Of a stretch of 64,000 bases of DNA, positions 39,370-52,289 are shown piece after piece. Both the position numbers and the translations under genes were made by a program. Each line of letters opens with the position of its first letter. The first letter of the stretch is position 1. The DNA comes from Takakia lepidozioides (Eukaryota > Plantae > Bryophyta), in contig CM060734.1 of assembly GCA_030704615.1 (NCBI GenBank), forward strand, positions 12,896,001-12,960,000, read 5' to 3'. Below the pieces are notes generated by a model. The model made no database searches and was not told the DNA's origin. It worked only from the letters and a program-made list of their open reading frames with translations.

Positions 39370-42300
39370 GGGTTGAGATCATGTGATGCACTAGATCACT
39401 TGAGCAGAGCTAATTCCACTATGGGGATTGGTGCAGGCAACAGAGTGTGCTGTTGTTGGACTCTGATGGAAGCTTTTACAGAGATGCACTGTCCAATCTC
39501 CTGTTTTTTGAGGATCATCAGTAGACTTGCGTACAATACCGCTATCAATTGCCTTTGGCCTGGGCCTCATGCTCATACAGAATCACATGGCCTAAGGGAA
39601 AGACTGGCTCACCCACTGTAGGACCTGAGACTTGAGCTGGAAGATGTTTCAGGCAACATGTAAGGCCAGGAGAAGGTTCAAATGAAGTTCTTAGGCAGAG
39701 TCAGGTGTCAACTGAATGCTGGTTGCTGAAGGGAGAGATTCTAGGCAATGTTCCTGCCAAAGGTGCTCAATCCAATCCATCGCATGAGGGAATGGATGTT
39801 GAAGCCAACTGCCGACCTGGTGAGAGATGAGCCCCGTAGTTCTTGCAGAGTGGTAAGTTGTAGCCAACAGAAACACAGTGGAGGTGTGCTGCAGGTAGTC
39901 CACAATTTTGGAGGTTTACAGGCATATTTGGGGCAATCCTGCAGGGGTCAAGGCTATGGTTGAGTAGGTAGGGAAGCACATAAAGACTCTGATGTATCCT
40001 GTAGGAAAAGGGTGCCCCTGTTTTCTTTGGTGGGCTGCCTGTACAATAGAACTGACATGGCATTTGCAAGAGAATCTGTGAGACGTCTTAAATGAATCTT
40101 GGGACCTCATGAGGTTTTGTACGCATTTCAAAAAACCCTAATGAAAAATATTCAATGTCACAATAAGTATTCCGGCATATCTAGTGTTACATGCATGTAG
40201 TAAGGTGTTGTAGGATCAAACACAAGATGTCAATGACATGTGTAAAGAAACAGGGATCCACAAGTTGGCAAGTGCCTTCTGTGTTCTGAACTTCTGGTAG
40301 GTATTTAATACTTACCTTTGCTCAGAGCTTTCCCCGACCTCCTATTGATTTCTCTGCTGGAACCATCACCTCAAAAAACCAGTAAGATGGGTTAATTCAT
40401 TGGCTGTCCAATGCATCAATTGGTTCTTAGAGCTCTTCCTAGACAGCATGGAGAAGGGAGTGCCCCTTTTGTATAAAAAGTGAAGGATTTGGAGACGCAC
40501 AGTGCACTGGTCACAGACTGGTGATCCAATTACCATGGCTGGGTTAAGGATAGGAGGAGGCTGGGTATGGTCGCTAAAGTCCAGACACCACACGATATCA
40601 TGGATAGAAGAAGACGAGTCAACATATCGGACCCTAATTTTGTGTGTCAAAGAGACAAACGACTCCATCCAAACTTTGTTAGGTAAGGGGGTCTATTCCC
40701 GTGAAAACAGAGGTTAGGATACCAAATATAATAAAATTATATTGTGTATATTTATTATTTACGTTAAGAAACAGGGGATAATTATCAATAAATTTTCCAG
40801 GGCCTCTGTCCCCTGTTCTTTAAAAATAAGAAAATAAAAAAACAGGGGACAGGCCCTAAGAAAAACTTTATTTGGAATTATTAGGGAAAAATAAATAAAG
40901 CTCCCGGGCCAACCATAAGGCACACACACCGTAGTCAGTAGTCAGTGAAGAAAGGAACTAAACCGCTCAGAAGAGGGCCCCTAATGGCGGAACAAACCGA
41001 GCAAAACTCGTGAAGAAACAAGAAGGACCAAGAGGTCATCAAGAGCCAACAGAAATTAGTCTAGAAATGAGGAACAACAATCAAGCAAGATCTAGGACGG
41101 AGGGCCAATAGAAGTGGAGCCTAGATGCGTTCGAAGAGAGCTTGATCTGCTTCCAGTTGATTTCCTTGTCAAACTCGGGGGAGGCGGTGGAGGGTTGTGT
41201 GGGTGTTTCTCCAACGTTAAGGAGGTTGCATGGTCCAGACAATGTTTTGGCGAAGAGCTTTGACATATGATCCCTTTGTCAAGTCATTTTAGTGAAATTA
41301 AATATAATATATCTAGTTATTTATTTATTTTAAACTTGGAATTAGTTCAAGTGTTAAGTGACTTAAGATTGACACTTGAAATGTCTTATCCTCACGTTCA
41401 AGGTCGTGGGGCTCATCTCTCTCAAGTTGAGCCTGCACGACCGAGCTCTCTTTGCGTTGTATGTGATCGTACTTATGTAGGGATGACAGATCATTTGTGG
41501 GGTGGAATCCCCATAGCTTGGGTGATTTCAAAGTGATTTATCTCAAGAGCCACATACATATTAATATCATATGCAACTCAGACCACTACCCGGTCTCCAT
41601 CTCCCTCCCTCCTTCCCTCCTTCCCTCCTTCCCTCATCCCCTTCCGACCCATTCCATCTTTACAAACCCCAACCCCCCAACCTAGGATCCCTCACCATTA
41701 CCCCAGCGCAACATCACTGAATTCCGCAACCACTTTCTTCCCATCGCATCGGTTCTCACGCAAGATCTCTCCCACATCATTTTTTATACTAACCTGACAA
41801 ACTTCCCCGATACTACCTAGCTCACCGCTGAGCTCACCCTTACCTCCATATTACAAAAATTGACAAAAAAACGTTATAGCCACCTGCTCCGCTCCCCCTG
41901 ACATTGCCCAAACCACCCGCTCAAAGCAAAATGGTGGTTACCTCACTCGGTCGCAAAAACGCGCATAACTTCCCACCCTTCACCCACCATACATTTCGTC
42001 GTGCCCTCACTGTCATACCAAACTCTTCCACAACTTTACCATACAATGCATGGAGATCTGACCCCCGCATCACCTGCTTAAACACTCTCACTGTCTACTT
42101 GACTATCATGCCCCCTCGGGACGACCCAACCATTCTCTCTAAATGGATCTCTGCCCTCTCTAAAAATCGGTAGAGAAGCCAAAAAAAACCGCCTACAATA
42201 TTATCAAACAAAAACTAGGGGCAATCACAAGAAAATTATTTCCTCCTTTAACAAGCTACTAAGGGTAGCTACCGTGTGAGCAACTCACGTGCGTACGCTC

Positions 42301-42752
42301 ACGCTTTAAGTGGTAAACGTGAGCAGAATCCCTTAAGCGTGAGCAGATTGCAAGCGTGAGCAGATTAGTGAATGAGAGCCTACAACCGAGGGAAGAAGGG
42401 GGCCTATTGCCGTGGACAAAAACTACACTGCACAGATGCAATCTCCAACCCATCCGATGGAAGAATCCTTGCTGGGTGACGACCATATGGTACGAATGTG
42501 CGATGAAAAGCTGCCGGATGAATGATTTTTAAGATGAATGAAAAAGGGAATGGATGAATGTTGGATGACTTTTGGATGAAAAATGAGCGACATGAATGAA
42601 CCATGGTGTGTGTGCAGGTGCTCGGGATTAAGGTGTCGTCAACGATATCTTAATTCCCAGTACAAGGTGGCACATGACAACTCACGGAAAAACCAAAATC
42701 CCCGAAAAAAATCTCCCAAAAAAATTAACCAAAAAAATTTCAACCCAAAAAA

Positions 42753-42924
42753 AAGTATGACGCCTCCTGAAGGGAGCGTAACTTATGGTGTCGCTACACC
42801 ACAAGGGCTACTGCCTTCCAGCTGAAAGGTGGACACCTTCATGACACACCAGATCGTGGTTTGAACCCACAACCACATCCAACGTGGTATGTGCCCATTA
42901 CCACTGGGCTACATGCTGGTTGTC
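42753..42924 (-). mobile_element. tRNA-derived SINE with T-rich tail
   Basis: A box TAGCCCAGTGG (42911-42901), B box GGTTCAAACC (42867-42858), oligo-T 3' end, and a 12-bp direct repeat CAACCCAAAAAA at 42741-42752 and 42925-42936. The equivalent site is empty in the other repeat units. Confidence 0.85.
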
Positions 42925-43173
42925 CAACCCAAAAAACTTTCAAGGCGAAGAAGCCTTGGCGGTAAGGCGGTGTGTGTGCAGGTGGTGGGGATTAAGGTGT
43001 CATCAACGACATCTTAATTCCCCGTACGTGTTGCCACATGACGATTCATGGAAAAACCAACAACCCCAAAACAATTCAACCGAAAAAAATTTCACCCAAA
43101 AGATAAATGGATGTATTCAGTACATTGAACAAAGTGGAGTCATTGGCAAAGAATTGAACTCCTTCATAATACC

Positions 43174-43873
43174 TCACATTTCAGTAATCTTATCTCGCTG
43201 CAGAAATGTATAAACGTCAGTGGGACCCATTGTACATTGGTGAATGCACGTGTCTCGGTGAGGATCACAAAACATCCTGTGAATGTAGATATAGTATAGG
43301 TGTTTGCACGGGACAAATTTGGGTCTCTTTCCAATAGAGCTTGATAACGTGTTCTGGAAGTCCGGGCACGTGCAATTTGGAAAATTCCCAACAGTTACCT
43401 CATAAGTCATGTCGTGAACAATAGAACCCGATGTCACCATACTATACACCTGCCCATAGCCTAGAGGGGAGACATTGACAACTTGGGTCACCCGACACTG
43501 CAGGGTTCTTGCTGACTCAATTTTGCATTGGTTTTCGGGACGTGCCTCAACACGACAGACCACTTTTCCATTTCGTTTCGTAGGCCAGTCGTTCTCATGT
43601 GGTGGACGTGGGGAATGCGGATTGCGAACCCCGACATGAAACTGGTGTTATGACAGTTGGGCCTCTTGGAAGACGAAACCCGACATCCTCCAGCATCTCA
43701 ATTACTTGATTCGACAGACATGTTCCCACCTTCACTGGCCACACGGCTGGAATTTTAGTGATGTTTGAATCCCGACAAGTCCCCATCACACAACGTTGAA
43801 TGTCATCAGGGCAAAACCAGAAGTTGTGAGGTCTGGACTCCCGGGATGAAAATTGGTCTGGTGAATGAACCAT
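43174..43873 (-). pseudogene. C-terminal SWIM zinc-finger part of a MULE-like transposase
   Basis: YEVTVGNFPNCTCPDF...FVPCKHLYYI (CxC...CxH), preceded by NFWFCPDDIQRCV...PAVWPVKVGT. Confidence 0.85.
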
Positions 43874-43899
43874 GGATGACTGCTACAACATTTATCCTT

Positions 43900-45240
43900 A
43901 CTGATCAGCATGTACGCAGAGAAACAGGCATTAAGTTGTCCTCAACGCCAGCTTAATTCGCAGCCCCTGTTAGCACATGACAATTCAACCCATGAAAGAA
44001 ATAAATGATTCCAAAAAACCTTACCGATAAGCATTTCTGTGCAGGGAAACAGGCATTAAGGTGGCGTCAACGCCAGCTTAATTCCGAGCCCCTGTTGGCA
44101 CATGACAATTCAACCTAGGGAAAAAATCTTAGCGGTAAGCATGTGTGTGCAGGGGCTTGGGATTAAGGTGTCGTCAACGTCATCTTAATTCCCAGCAAGT
44201 TTTCAAAAAAAACAAAAAACAAAAAAAACCGTTTATTTTTTTTATTTTATTTTTTCCCCCTTCCTCGAATGTGCTAGATTAAGGTGTCGTCAATGACATC
44301 TTAATTCCCAGTACGAGTTGGCACATGACAATTCATGGAAAAACCAAAAACCCAAAAAACAATTCACCCAAAAAATTTCAATCCAAAAAAATCTGATGGC
44401 GAACAGCCTTGGCGGTAAGGTGGTGTGTGTGCAGGTGCTGGGGATTAAGGTGTCGTCAACGACATCTTAATTCCCAGCAAGTTTTCCAATATATATATAT
44501 ATATATCCGTTTGTTTGTTTTTTGTTTTTTTTCCTTCCCCGAATGTGCCAGATTAAGGTGTCGTCAATGACATCTTAATTCCCAGTACGAGTGGGCATGG
44601 AAAAACCAAAAACCCCAAAAAAACTCACCCAAAAAATTTCAACCCAAAAAAATCTGATGGCGAACAGCCTTGGCGGTAAGGCCGTGTGTGTGCAGGTGCT
44701 GGGGATTAAGGTGTCGTCAACGACATCTTAATTCCCAGCAAGTTTTCAAAAAAAAAAAAAAAAAATCCGTTTGTTTTTTTTTTCCTTCCCCGAATGTGCC
44801 AGATTAAGGTGTCGTCAACGACATCTTAATTCCCAGTACGAGTGGGCACATGACAATTCATGGAAAAACCAAAAATCCCAAAAAAATTCACCCAAAAAAT
44901 TTCAACCCAAAAAAATCTGATGGCGAACAGCCTTGGCGGTAAGGTGGTGTGTGTGCAGGTGCTGAGGATTAAGGTGTCGTCAACGACATCTTAATTCCCA
45001 GTACGAGTTGGCACATGACAATTCATGAAAAAAACCAAAAACCCCAAAAAAATTCACCCAAAAAATTTTAACCCAAAAAAATCTGATGGCGAACAGCCTT
45101 GGCGGTAAGGTGGTGTGTGTGTGCAGGTGTTGGGGACTAAGGTGTACACAACAAACGCGGTCCCCCTAGTGTCCTTGTTGGTACCAATTCGAATCTGACG
45201 AATCGCACCATATTTACCAAACGACATCTTAATTCCCAGT
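43900..45240. repeat. Tandem array of a ~35-bp hairpin GGGATTAAGGTGTCGTCAACGACATCTTAATTCCC (dimeric unit of about 260-280 bp)
   Basis: Hairpins near 43928, 44052, 44159, 44277, 44442, 44551, 44702, 44802 and 44966, a split copy at 45133/45220, and two more at 42624 and 42988. Confidence 0.92.
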
Positions 45241-46524
45241 ACGTGTTTTGAATCGTTTATTTATAAAGCACGAGTTCACCTCTCTGCCTTCTTTAGATTT
45301 GGGTGTGAGCCTCTCTCTCAACCTTGGATACTTGGAAAAATGACAAGTAACCCCTCCTCAATCAACAAAGCAATGTGGATTCATTGTTGGCAATATACAC
45401 TGCACTTTCACAATTGATTTGCAAGCAAGACTAGCATGGTTTAAAGGATTTCAGAGCTCGGGGGATTTGGGAGCTACTACTACAAAACAACTTTGTATTA
45501 TTTCATTTATTTCATTCATCCATGTCTCATTCATCATACATACATTCATCCGCCATTCATCCCTCATTCATCCCAACAGCATCTATAACCGAGCTTGTAA
45601 TACTGGCCACTCTACGTAGTAATAGGTCTTCTAAGTGGAGTAGGCGTCCGCGGTTATAGGTGGGCAGATCCTGAAGCGTGAGCTTTCTGCTCACGGAATT
45701 TTCTGCTCACAGAATAGCATCCCCCCAAGCTATTACATGATCATCCCAAAAAAGCACACAAAGCCATCTTCAATCCCGCGCTTAACCCGCCCATCGACTG
45801 CCTCAAACATCGGTCTGGCCACTTACTAACCAACCTTGAAGACATAAAGAATGAAATATGGACCCTAGCGTACTCCTCCTATGCACCTCCTCTCACAAAC
45901 TGCCTACACCCTAGCCAACATACTCCCGACTGTATGTGTAAAATTAAACACTATCATTGGCATCACCTTGACGGTTTTACACTGGACAAACGAGGCGCTC
46001 CAACATATCGTATCTATGATTTTTTCACAATTGACCTCTACGAATCCTGCCTAAAATCTCTCTCCAAAGCAAAAGCCCAAGGCCCAGATATGATACCCAA
46101 TGCCATACTCCAAGCTCTCGACCCCCAACTCCATCTCTTTCCCTTCAAATTCTTGAAATTCTATTACCAGCTACATCGCCATGGGACTATCATCTTATCT
46201 GTGGTAAAGACATTGGCTGGTGACTGAAGCTTATTGAAATTAGTAGCGAATTTTGTTTGGAAGCAAATTTTTACTAGCTGCACCTAAGGCAGAGCGCAGC
46301 AGGGAAGTGCCAACTTGTGGTTGGCTTGGACATGGCAGGAGATGAGCACTGTGAGGCTAAGTGGGCATCAGGCAAAGCTGTTGCTCTCAACGTTGTGGCT
46401 GCAAGCCAGCATGCCCGACAATGTGCCTTTAAGCTATGAGGCCATATCTCGCTCGACAATCGTACCCTCCTCTTCTCTAGAATTCAGGTGAGGTCCCAAT
46501 TCTTGCTTCTTATGGTTAACTTAC

Positions 46525-46835
46525 AGGGATATCCTCTCTCTCTCACACATAAAATTGACGCACTCCTCAAATCTATCAAGGGAATTGTGCCTGTACCTCT
46601 GTTTACCAACTTTGAAAGTCTCGAGGCTGAGCCAAAAGCCCAGGCCCTTCTGGGGCCTAGTTATTGGCCAAACCACACACAATAGATTGATGCTTGTGAA
46701 GGGATTTCTAGAGGATATCCGGATAACCCGGATCTATCAATGTTCTTTACCTGACTTCAGCCCCTGACAGAGGTGGGTTCTGTCCTTTTGTGTTCCACTC
46801 AAACTGGTTGTGGGGTCAATGGCCACAAGGCCAAC
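46525..46835 (+). mobile_element. LINE 3'-end copy (family of 33133-34520)
   Basis: [36 protein letters not shown] and the 3' UTR motif GGGGTCAATGGCCACAAGG, nearly identical to 34185-34470. Confidence 0.9.
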
Positions 46836-46857
46836 AGGGAAACATATTGAAAAGTAC

Positions 46858-47225
46858 TGGGGCTCACTGACTTACAAACTAAATTAAGCATTATTCCATA
46901 GGATCCCACTTTGTTTGAGGGAACAATCAGAAGCAACATGGACCCAACAGACCAATATACTGATGAAGAGATTTGGGAGGTAAGCCTCCCACCTTTAAAT
47001 GTGTCAATTTGAAGCGCAATGAACTTACGGACAATCACACAACTGAAGAAAATTTAAAAGACCATCCTCCCTTGAAGCCTGGTAATTGGGATTTGTCAAG
47101 TTGTCAGGGCAGGAATGTAGTAAGGCCAATCCATGGAGACTGACTGGTACTGGTAATTGTTTGCAGGCTTTGCAGAAATGCCAACTTGCTGCATTGTTCA
47201 GCGATTGGAAGAGAAGCTTGATCAG
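46858..47225 (+). pseudogene. ABCC/MRP transporter NBD2 exon relics
   Basis: [41 protein letters not shown] donor at 46980, then exon ALQKCQLA...EEKLD with a frameshift. Confidence 0.88.
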
Positions 47226-47429
47226 TTACAATCACAAGAACTCATTTGAGGTTCTACTACCGACAATAAGAACCTCTCTATAGCTACAATACTTGGAACT
47301 TATAGAAGCACGTCCAAGAGACCACTGTAATCACTAACAATCCACCACTAATTTTTCGTTACAAAAGGCATAAGGTAAGATCTCGATCATCTTCCAAGTG
47401 AGAATCATCATGACAAATCAGCCCAGTAG

Positions 47430-48804
47430 ATGCGGGTGAGAGCAGCAGCAGCAGCGGCACAATTGATAAAATCAGGCACTGGTAATCAAGGCACCTTCAA
47501 CACAATTCACCCTGTTTTTCCCTCTTATCAGAATCGGCCCTAAATTTTCATGTTGAATTCTGCAAATTAGCTGGTTGAGTGAGCCTTTGATAGTTTGGAG
47601 TGACTTTGACATGTTACTACCAATGTGACAACAGGAAAGTGTCCAAAAACACGTAACAGAGACGAGGAGAAGCTGTGGAATGAATAATTTCTGACCCCAA
47701 TCAATGGTGGGACAATCCAAGGCAAAAAGGTGATTGCCTGCTGGATTACAGAAAGTAGCAGATGCCATTGAGCATAGGAACTAGTGTGATAAGTTGAGTT
47801 GGGTGTTTCCTAGAAAAAATCTAGGCTGTCATTGTCAGCTGCTAACCGCAAGGCAAGGATGTATGCATGATTTGTGCAGAAGCATGGATAGCTGAAGGAG
47901 CAGGGATAGAGTGTGGGTCCAGATTCAGCAAAGAGGGCCGGATTTCAAGCTCAAGATTACCAATGATTCCCTATGGATGGATAGCTACAAGAAACTTGCA
48001 TGGGTAGATGGTCAACTGGAAGCCGCAGCAGCAACAGCACAATTGATAAAATCAGGCATTGCTAAGGAAGGCACCTTCTTCAATACATTTCACCCTGTTT
48101 TTCCCACTTATCATAATTGCCCTAAATTTCGAGGTTGAATTCTGCAAGTTAGCTGGTTGAGTGAATCTCTGATAGATTGGAGTGACTTTGACATGGTACT
48201 GCCAATGTGACAATATGAAAGTAATCCAGAAACAAGTAACAGAGATGAGGAGAAGTTGTGGAAGGAATATTTTTCTGACCCCAATCAATGTTGGGACAAC
48301 CGAGGCAAAAAGGTGAATGCCTATTGGATTACAGAGAGTAGCAGATGCAATTGAGCATAGGAACTAGTGTGAGAAGTAGAGTTGGGTAGTTCCTAGAACA
48401 AATGTAGGCTATCATTGTCAGCTGTTAGTAGCAAGGCAAGGATGTATGCATGATTTGTGCAAAGGCATGGATAGCTGAAGGAGCACGGATAGAGTGTGGG
48501 TCCAGATTCATCTAAGAGGGCGAGATTTTGCACAAGATTACCTATGATTCCCTGTGGATCAATAGCTAGATGGTCAACTAGTAGCAGCGGCACAATTGAT
48601 AAAATCTGGCACTGCTAATGAAAGCATCTTCTTCAACCCATTTCACCCTATTTTTCCCTCTTATCAGAATCGGCCCTAAATTTCGTGTTGAATTCTGCAA
48701 GTTAGCTGGTTGAGTGAATCTAGTTTGGAGTGACTTTGACATGATATGGTCAATGTAACAGGTAATAGAGATGAGGAGAAGCTGTGGAATGACTACTTTT
48801 CTGA
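47430..48804. repeat. Tandem duplication, unit about 550-580 bp, about 2.4 copies
   Basis: Anchor CACAATTGATAAAATC with AATTG at 47461, 48041 and 48594. The third copy stops at TTTTCTGA where the MULE begins. Confidence 0.9.
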
Positions 48805-49036
48805 GGGGGCTGCTATTTCATGAGCGGCATGAGCATGAGCGGAAAAAAAAAAAGCATGAGCGGACCATTGTGTGTCCACGGAAATAGGGTTAGGAGGCAC
48901 GGAAATAGGGTCATGTGAAGTTGGAATGTGGCACCAGTGGACTCGTCATAGCAATGAAATGCAACATTTTATTGCAAAATTTGTGGCAAGCCACATCTAT
49001 ACAAGTGTGTCCTAACTGTCATAGCCGGAATGGGCA

Positions 49037-52000
49037 CTACTCTCTTACACCCTCCAAGGAACTTGCCCCACCTTCCTCCTCATCCCCCCCATCCCCCCCA
49101 TCCTCCGAGCTCTGTGATGCATCAGTTCCACTATGCCTCTCAAAAAATTCATCCTCTCCTTGGGGGACTGTCCACCTCACCTCCTGGGAACCTTCTGCCT
49201 CTTCTCCCCCACTTTCCTTAGCAAAATCCAAGACAAATCTACAAGCCTGACGGGCTCTAATAGCTGTTGCCTCCTCCATCATCTTCATTTTCTTGAGGCT
49301 TGCCTCGTCTAAAATCTGTTGTACATGACTAGGTTCGGAAGACCTCTTAATGGACACCGAAGCAAGCCGGGCAACATAAGTAGGAAGGATGTAGTCCCTT
49401 TCTGGACTCGACATGAAATCCCCCCTGGCAAAAAAAGACATGTTCCTCCTGCCCATGAACTGCGGTGTAGACATCCCTCCTGCAGTACTTGGCATCCTGC
49501 AGTAAGAACAAATCCACTTTAAGAATGTCAATACCAGCAGAAGCCAAAAAGGGTCTTTCAATGAAATAAGAGAGCGAAGGGAGATGCCTCACAAAATCAA
49601 GAGGCAACTTACAATGCGACCACTCACTCGTAAACCGGGGGCTCATCGGCCTCGATCCCAACTTGTACCTCCCCCACCTCCTTCTGGGATTCTTCCTCAT
49701 CCTCCGAGGATGCCTCTTCCTCTTTCGACAGACGTTCAGCCGCAGCAAGTTCAGAGTTGTGGAGGGCAGTATCTGGCTCGAAGGTGAAGACATGCCTGTC
49801 GGACAACGTCCCTGCCCACATTGAAGCACTTGAGGGACAAAGCGGGTGGTTAGTAGCATGCGGCATGCAATTGCAATCAGGCCAGGGGACAAAATGTGCA
49901 CGTGAAGGCTTACCCGTGCCGCAAGTGAGGTCAAGAATCCGCCCTTGGACATCCGAGCACGTCTCCATGAGGGTTTGGATGAAAGCAGGGCTCCGGGTCC
50001 GGCTGTACCGCCACGGTTTGCCTGTCTTTGTGTCCTTCGGCATACTGGATTGGGGCACATAGTTGTAGAGGACATTGTAGGTAACAAGGTCCACAGTGGC
50101 ATCAACAAGACGACCGTCATTGTGGAATTTGAACGTAGACCCTCTCTTCACAAAACAATATGCCTCAAACACCAATGTCTACACATCCAACAAAAGAGGG
50201 ATCCACTCCAGGGTCTAGTTTAGATACACCACAATATGAAGTGAATGCAATAGATTGATAACTTACACTCTGGCCCTCTGTTCGCAACCCCTGCATATTG
50301 ATGCAGAACCATTTTTTCAGGAGGACCGGGGTGACACTTTTTGGTGTCCACCTTGCCACAACATTCTCTATGGTCTTCCCTCTTGTGGCAAGGACCACCA
50401 TACATCCACCGTCATCCAGGAGCATCCCCGCCAGCCCAAACCCGGCTCTCCAGGAGTCCTCCGTAAACATGTTCCAGGTGGGCACACCATCCAGGCCCTC
50501 CAGCAGCTCCTCATCTGGAATATCGAGGAGAATCATATTGCAGGCTCTCTCCACCTCAAACGCCCCCCCCGAGTGCTCTTGCAATCCGTGTTCACAGCCG
50601 TGAAGAATTCCATCATGGCTTCCAAACCAGGGGTGTCTTTAGGCTCTGTAGCAGCAGCCCTCTTCTTGGCTTGCCCCTTCAGCTCCTCCAGAGACTTGTT
50701 GTGTGCCACCTTCTTTGCCCTGGCAGCCAGAGCGTCAAGAAAGCTCTCATTGACGCATTGGATGATAGTTGGGGATTCTAGCTTTGGCCTTTGTGGAAAC
50801 ATCACCGCCAAATACCGCCGTGTAGGCTCGCCCTCAAATGCCAACTTCTTGGCAGAGCCAGTCCCAGTCCGAACTGACTTGGGAACCCGGACAACCGGTG
50901 ACTTGGTAGCAGCACCAGCAGTCCCAGGACCTTGCACAAAGTCATCGTTGGAGTCACTCCCTTGGGGCCCCTCCTGCGCCTTCTCTGGTGCCCCGGTGGT
51001 TTTCTGTTTTTTGGGGGTTACTTTACTCCCCTGTTTCCGTGTCCTTTTCATTTGTCCTTTATTCTTCTCATTCAATTTCTCGTGAATACCTGCTTGAGCA
51101 AGCTCTGCCGCTTTCCTGGACTTGGCAAGCGCTTTCGCCTCCTTTGGACCCAGCGGAGGCAGCGGAGCCCGGTTTCGTTGGGCCTCCACATCCATCTTCA
51201 ATTGGAACTCGGATGAGTCGAGCGAGCCGGGCGGAAGGTCCACATACCAAGGGCAGTCGCACAAATGCTCCAGATGCAACTCCTTCACGATAACGTCAGT
51301 GTACATGGAGTCAGCTCCAGGGTTCCTCCATGCGAGGAAGAATGGCGGCTCGAAGGACAGATGACCTTTCTCCAACAGGGAGAACTTACAGTACCTGCAT
51401 TCAAAAAACACAGACAGAATCACATCCATTTTTCCAGGCTGGGTCCAAAAATGGCTAAGTCCCAGATCTGACTGGGCCCGGAACTGGAAAAATGGCGCCG
51501 AATTTCCAGAATATGTGCCATCCGCCCTAGGGACTTAGCCATTTTCGGACCCTGTACTGGAAAAATGGCGCCATTTTTCCAGTACAGGGTCCGAAAATGG
51601 CTAAGTCCCAGAAATGACTGGGCCCGGAACTGGAAAAATGGCGCCATTTTTCCAGTACAGGGTCCGAAAATGGCTAAGTCCCAGATCTGACTGGGCCCGG
51701 AACTGGAAAAATGGCGCCGAATTTCCAGACTGTGCCAGCCACCCCCGGGGCTTAGCCATCCGCCCCATGGCCAGAAACAGGAAATTCGGCGCCATTTTTC
51801 TAGGGGCTTCACAACTAATTTTCATGCACCACATAAGGCAACTTACATCCTAGAAATGTAGGGACTACAATGGCCACAGATCAAAGAAAGGCAACGCGTA
51901 TGTACCTGGATCAAAGAAGGCGCATTGCCGCTTTGTCGCCGTTCGGCTGGTCGGCATTGCCGCATTGCCGCCCGTAGTACAAAGGCTTCAGTTTGCGACG

Positions 52001-52201
52001 CGGTCTGGATGTGGGGTTTCTCTCAGGAGAGTCTCCACGCGGCATAAGTCCGAGTAAAAGAAAAAATCTCCCGCAGAATGCGTGCGTACATGCCTCGAAT
52101 GGAACTTCATCCACCCGTCACATCAGGTGTCGAAGGCGTATCCGGGAAGCAAGCGCGGTATCCGTGTGGAACGTCCGGTTCAAAAAGACGGCGGAGGACA
52201 T
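49037..52201 (-). pseudogene. Multi-exon gene with beta-class N4C/N6A DNA methyltransferase-like domain
   Basis: Exons about 52201-51905, 51394-50267, 50178-49914, 49829-49627 and 49497-49037. Beta motif order: VNTDC (III), NMILLDIPD (IV position), MLLDDGGCMVVL (VI), RSPAFIQTLMETCSDVQGRILDLTCGTG|ASMWAG...RHVFTFEPD (X-I-II). Frameshift in a G8 run at 50563-50570; one acceptor reads CAA. Confidence 0.8.
51420..51800. repeat. Intronic array of TGGAAAAATGGCGCC(G/A)..TTTCCAG palindromes
   Basis: About five copies in ~70-bp units together with GGGTCCGAAAATGGCTAAGTCCCAGA; lies in intron 1 of the MTase-like gene. Confidence 0.88.
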
Positions 52202-52289
52202 TTAATGCGCAACTGCGCCCTTAAATGTAGGTATGGAGGTCGCCCACAGGCGCCACCTGGCCCACCCTCCCCCTGAGACTTCATCAACA

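Larger units (their letters stand above)
42261..45725 (-). mobile_element. Non-autonomous MULE-like element with 8-9 bp TSD
   Basis: Termini AAGGGTAGCTACCGTGTGAGC and (reverse complement) GGGGGATGCTATTCTGTGAGC; flanks CAAGCTACT (42252-42260) and CAAGCTATT (45726-45734). Contains a SWIM fragment. Confidence 0.82.
41540..46170 (+). mobile_element. APE-type LINE ORF2 relic split by the MULE derivative (41540-42260 and 45726-46170)
   Basis: Endonuclease-end motif SDHYPV at about 41578; RT-start motif CLKSLSKAKAQGPDMIPNAIL at about 46050-46110; C-rich composition is continuous across the insertion. Confidence 0.7.

Noticed and set aside
39600-41300. Short ORFs and a hairpin at about 40800-40857
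   Set aside because: No recognisable domain or element ends.
41373-41534. Possible MITE bounded by CACTT(T)GAAAT inverted repeats
   Set aside because: The inverted repeat is short and imperfect, with no convincing TSD or second copy.
43900-45240. CRISPR array
   Set aside because: The spacers are repeated rather than unique, no cas genes are present, and the context is a eukaryotic TE with a TSD.
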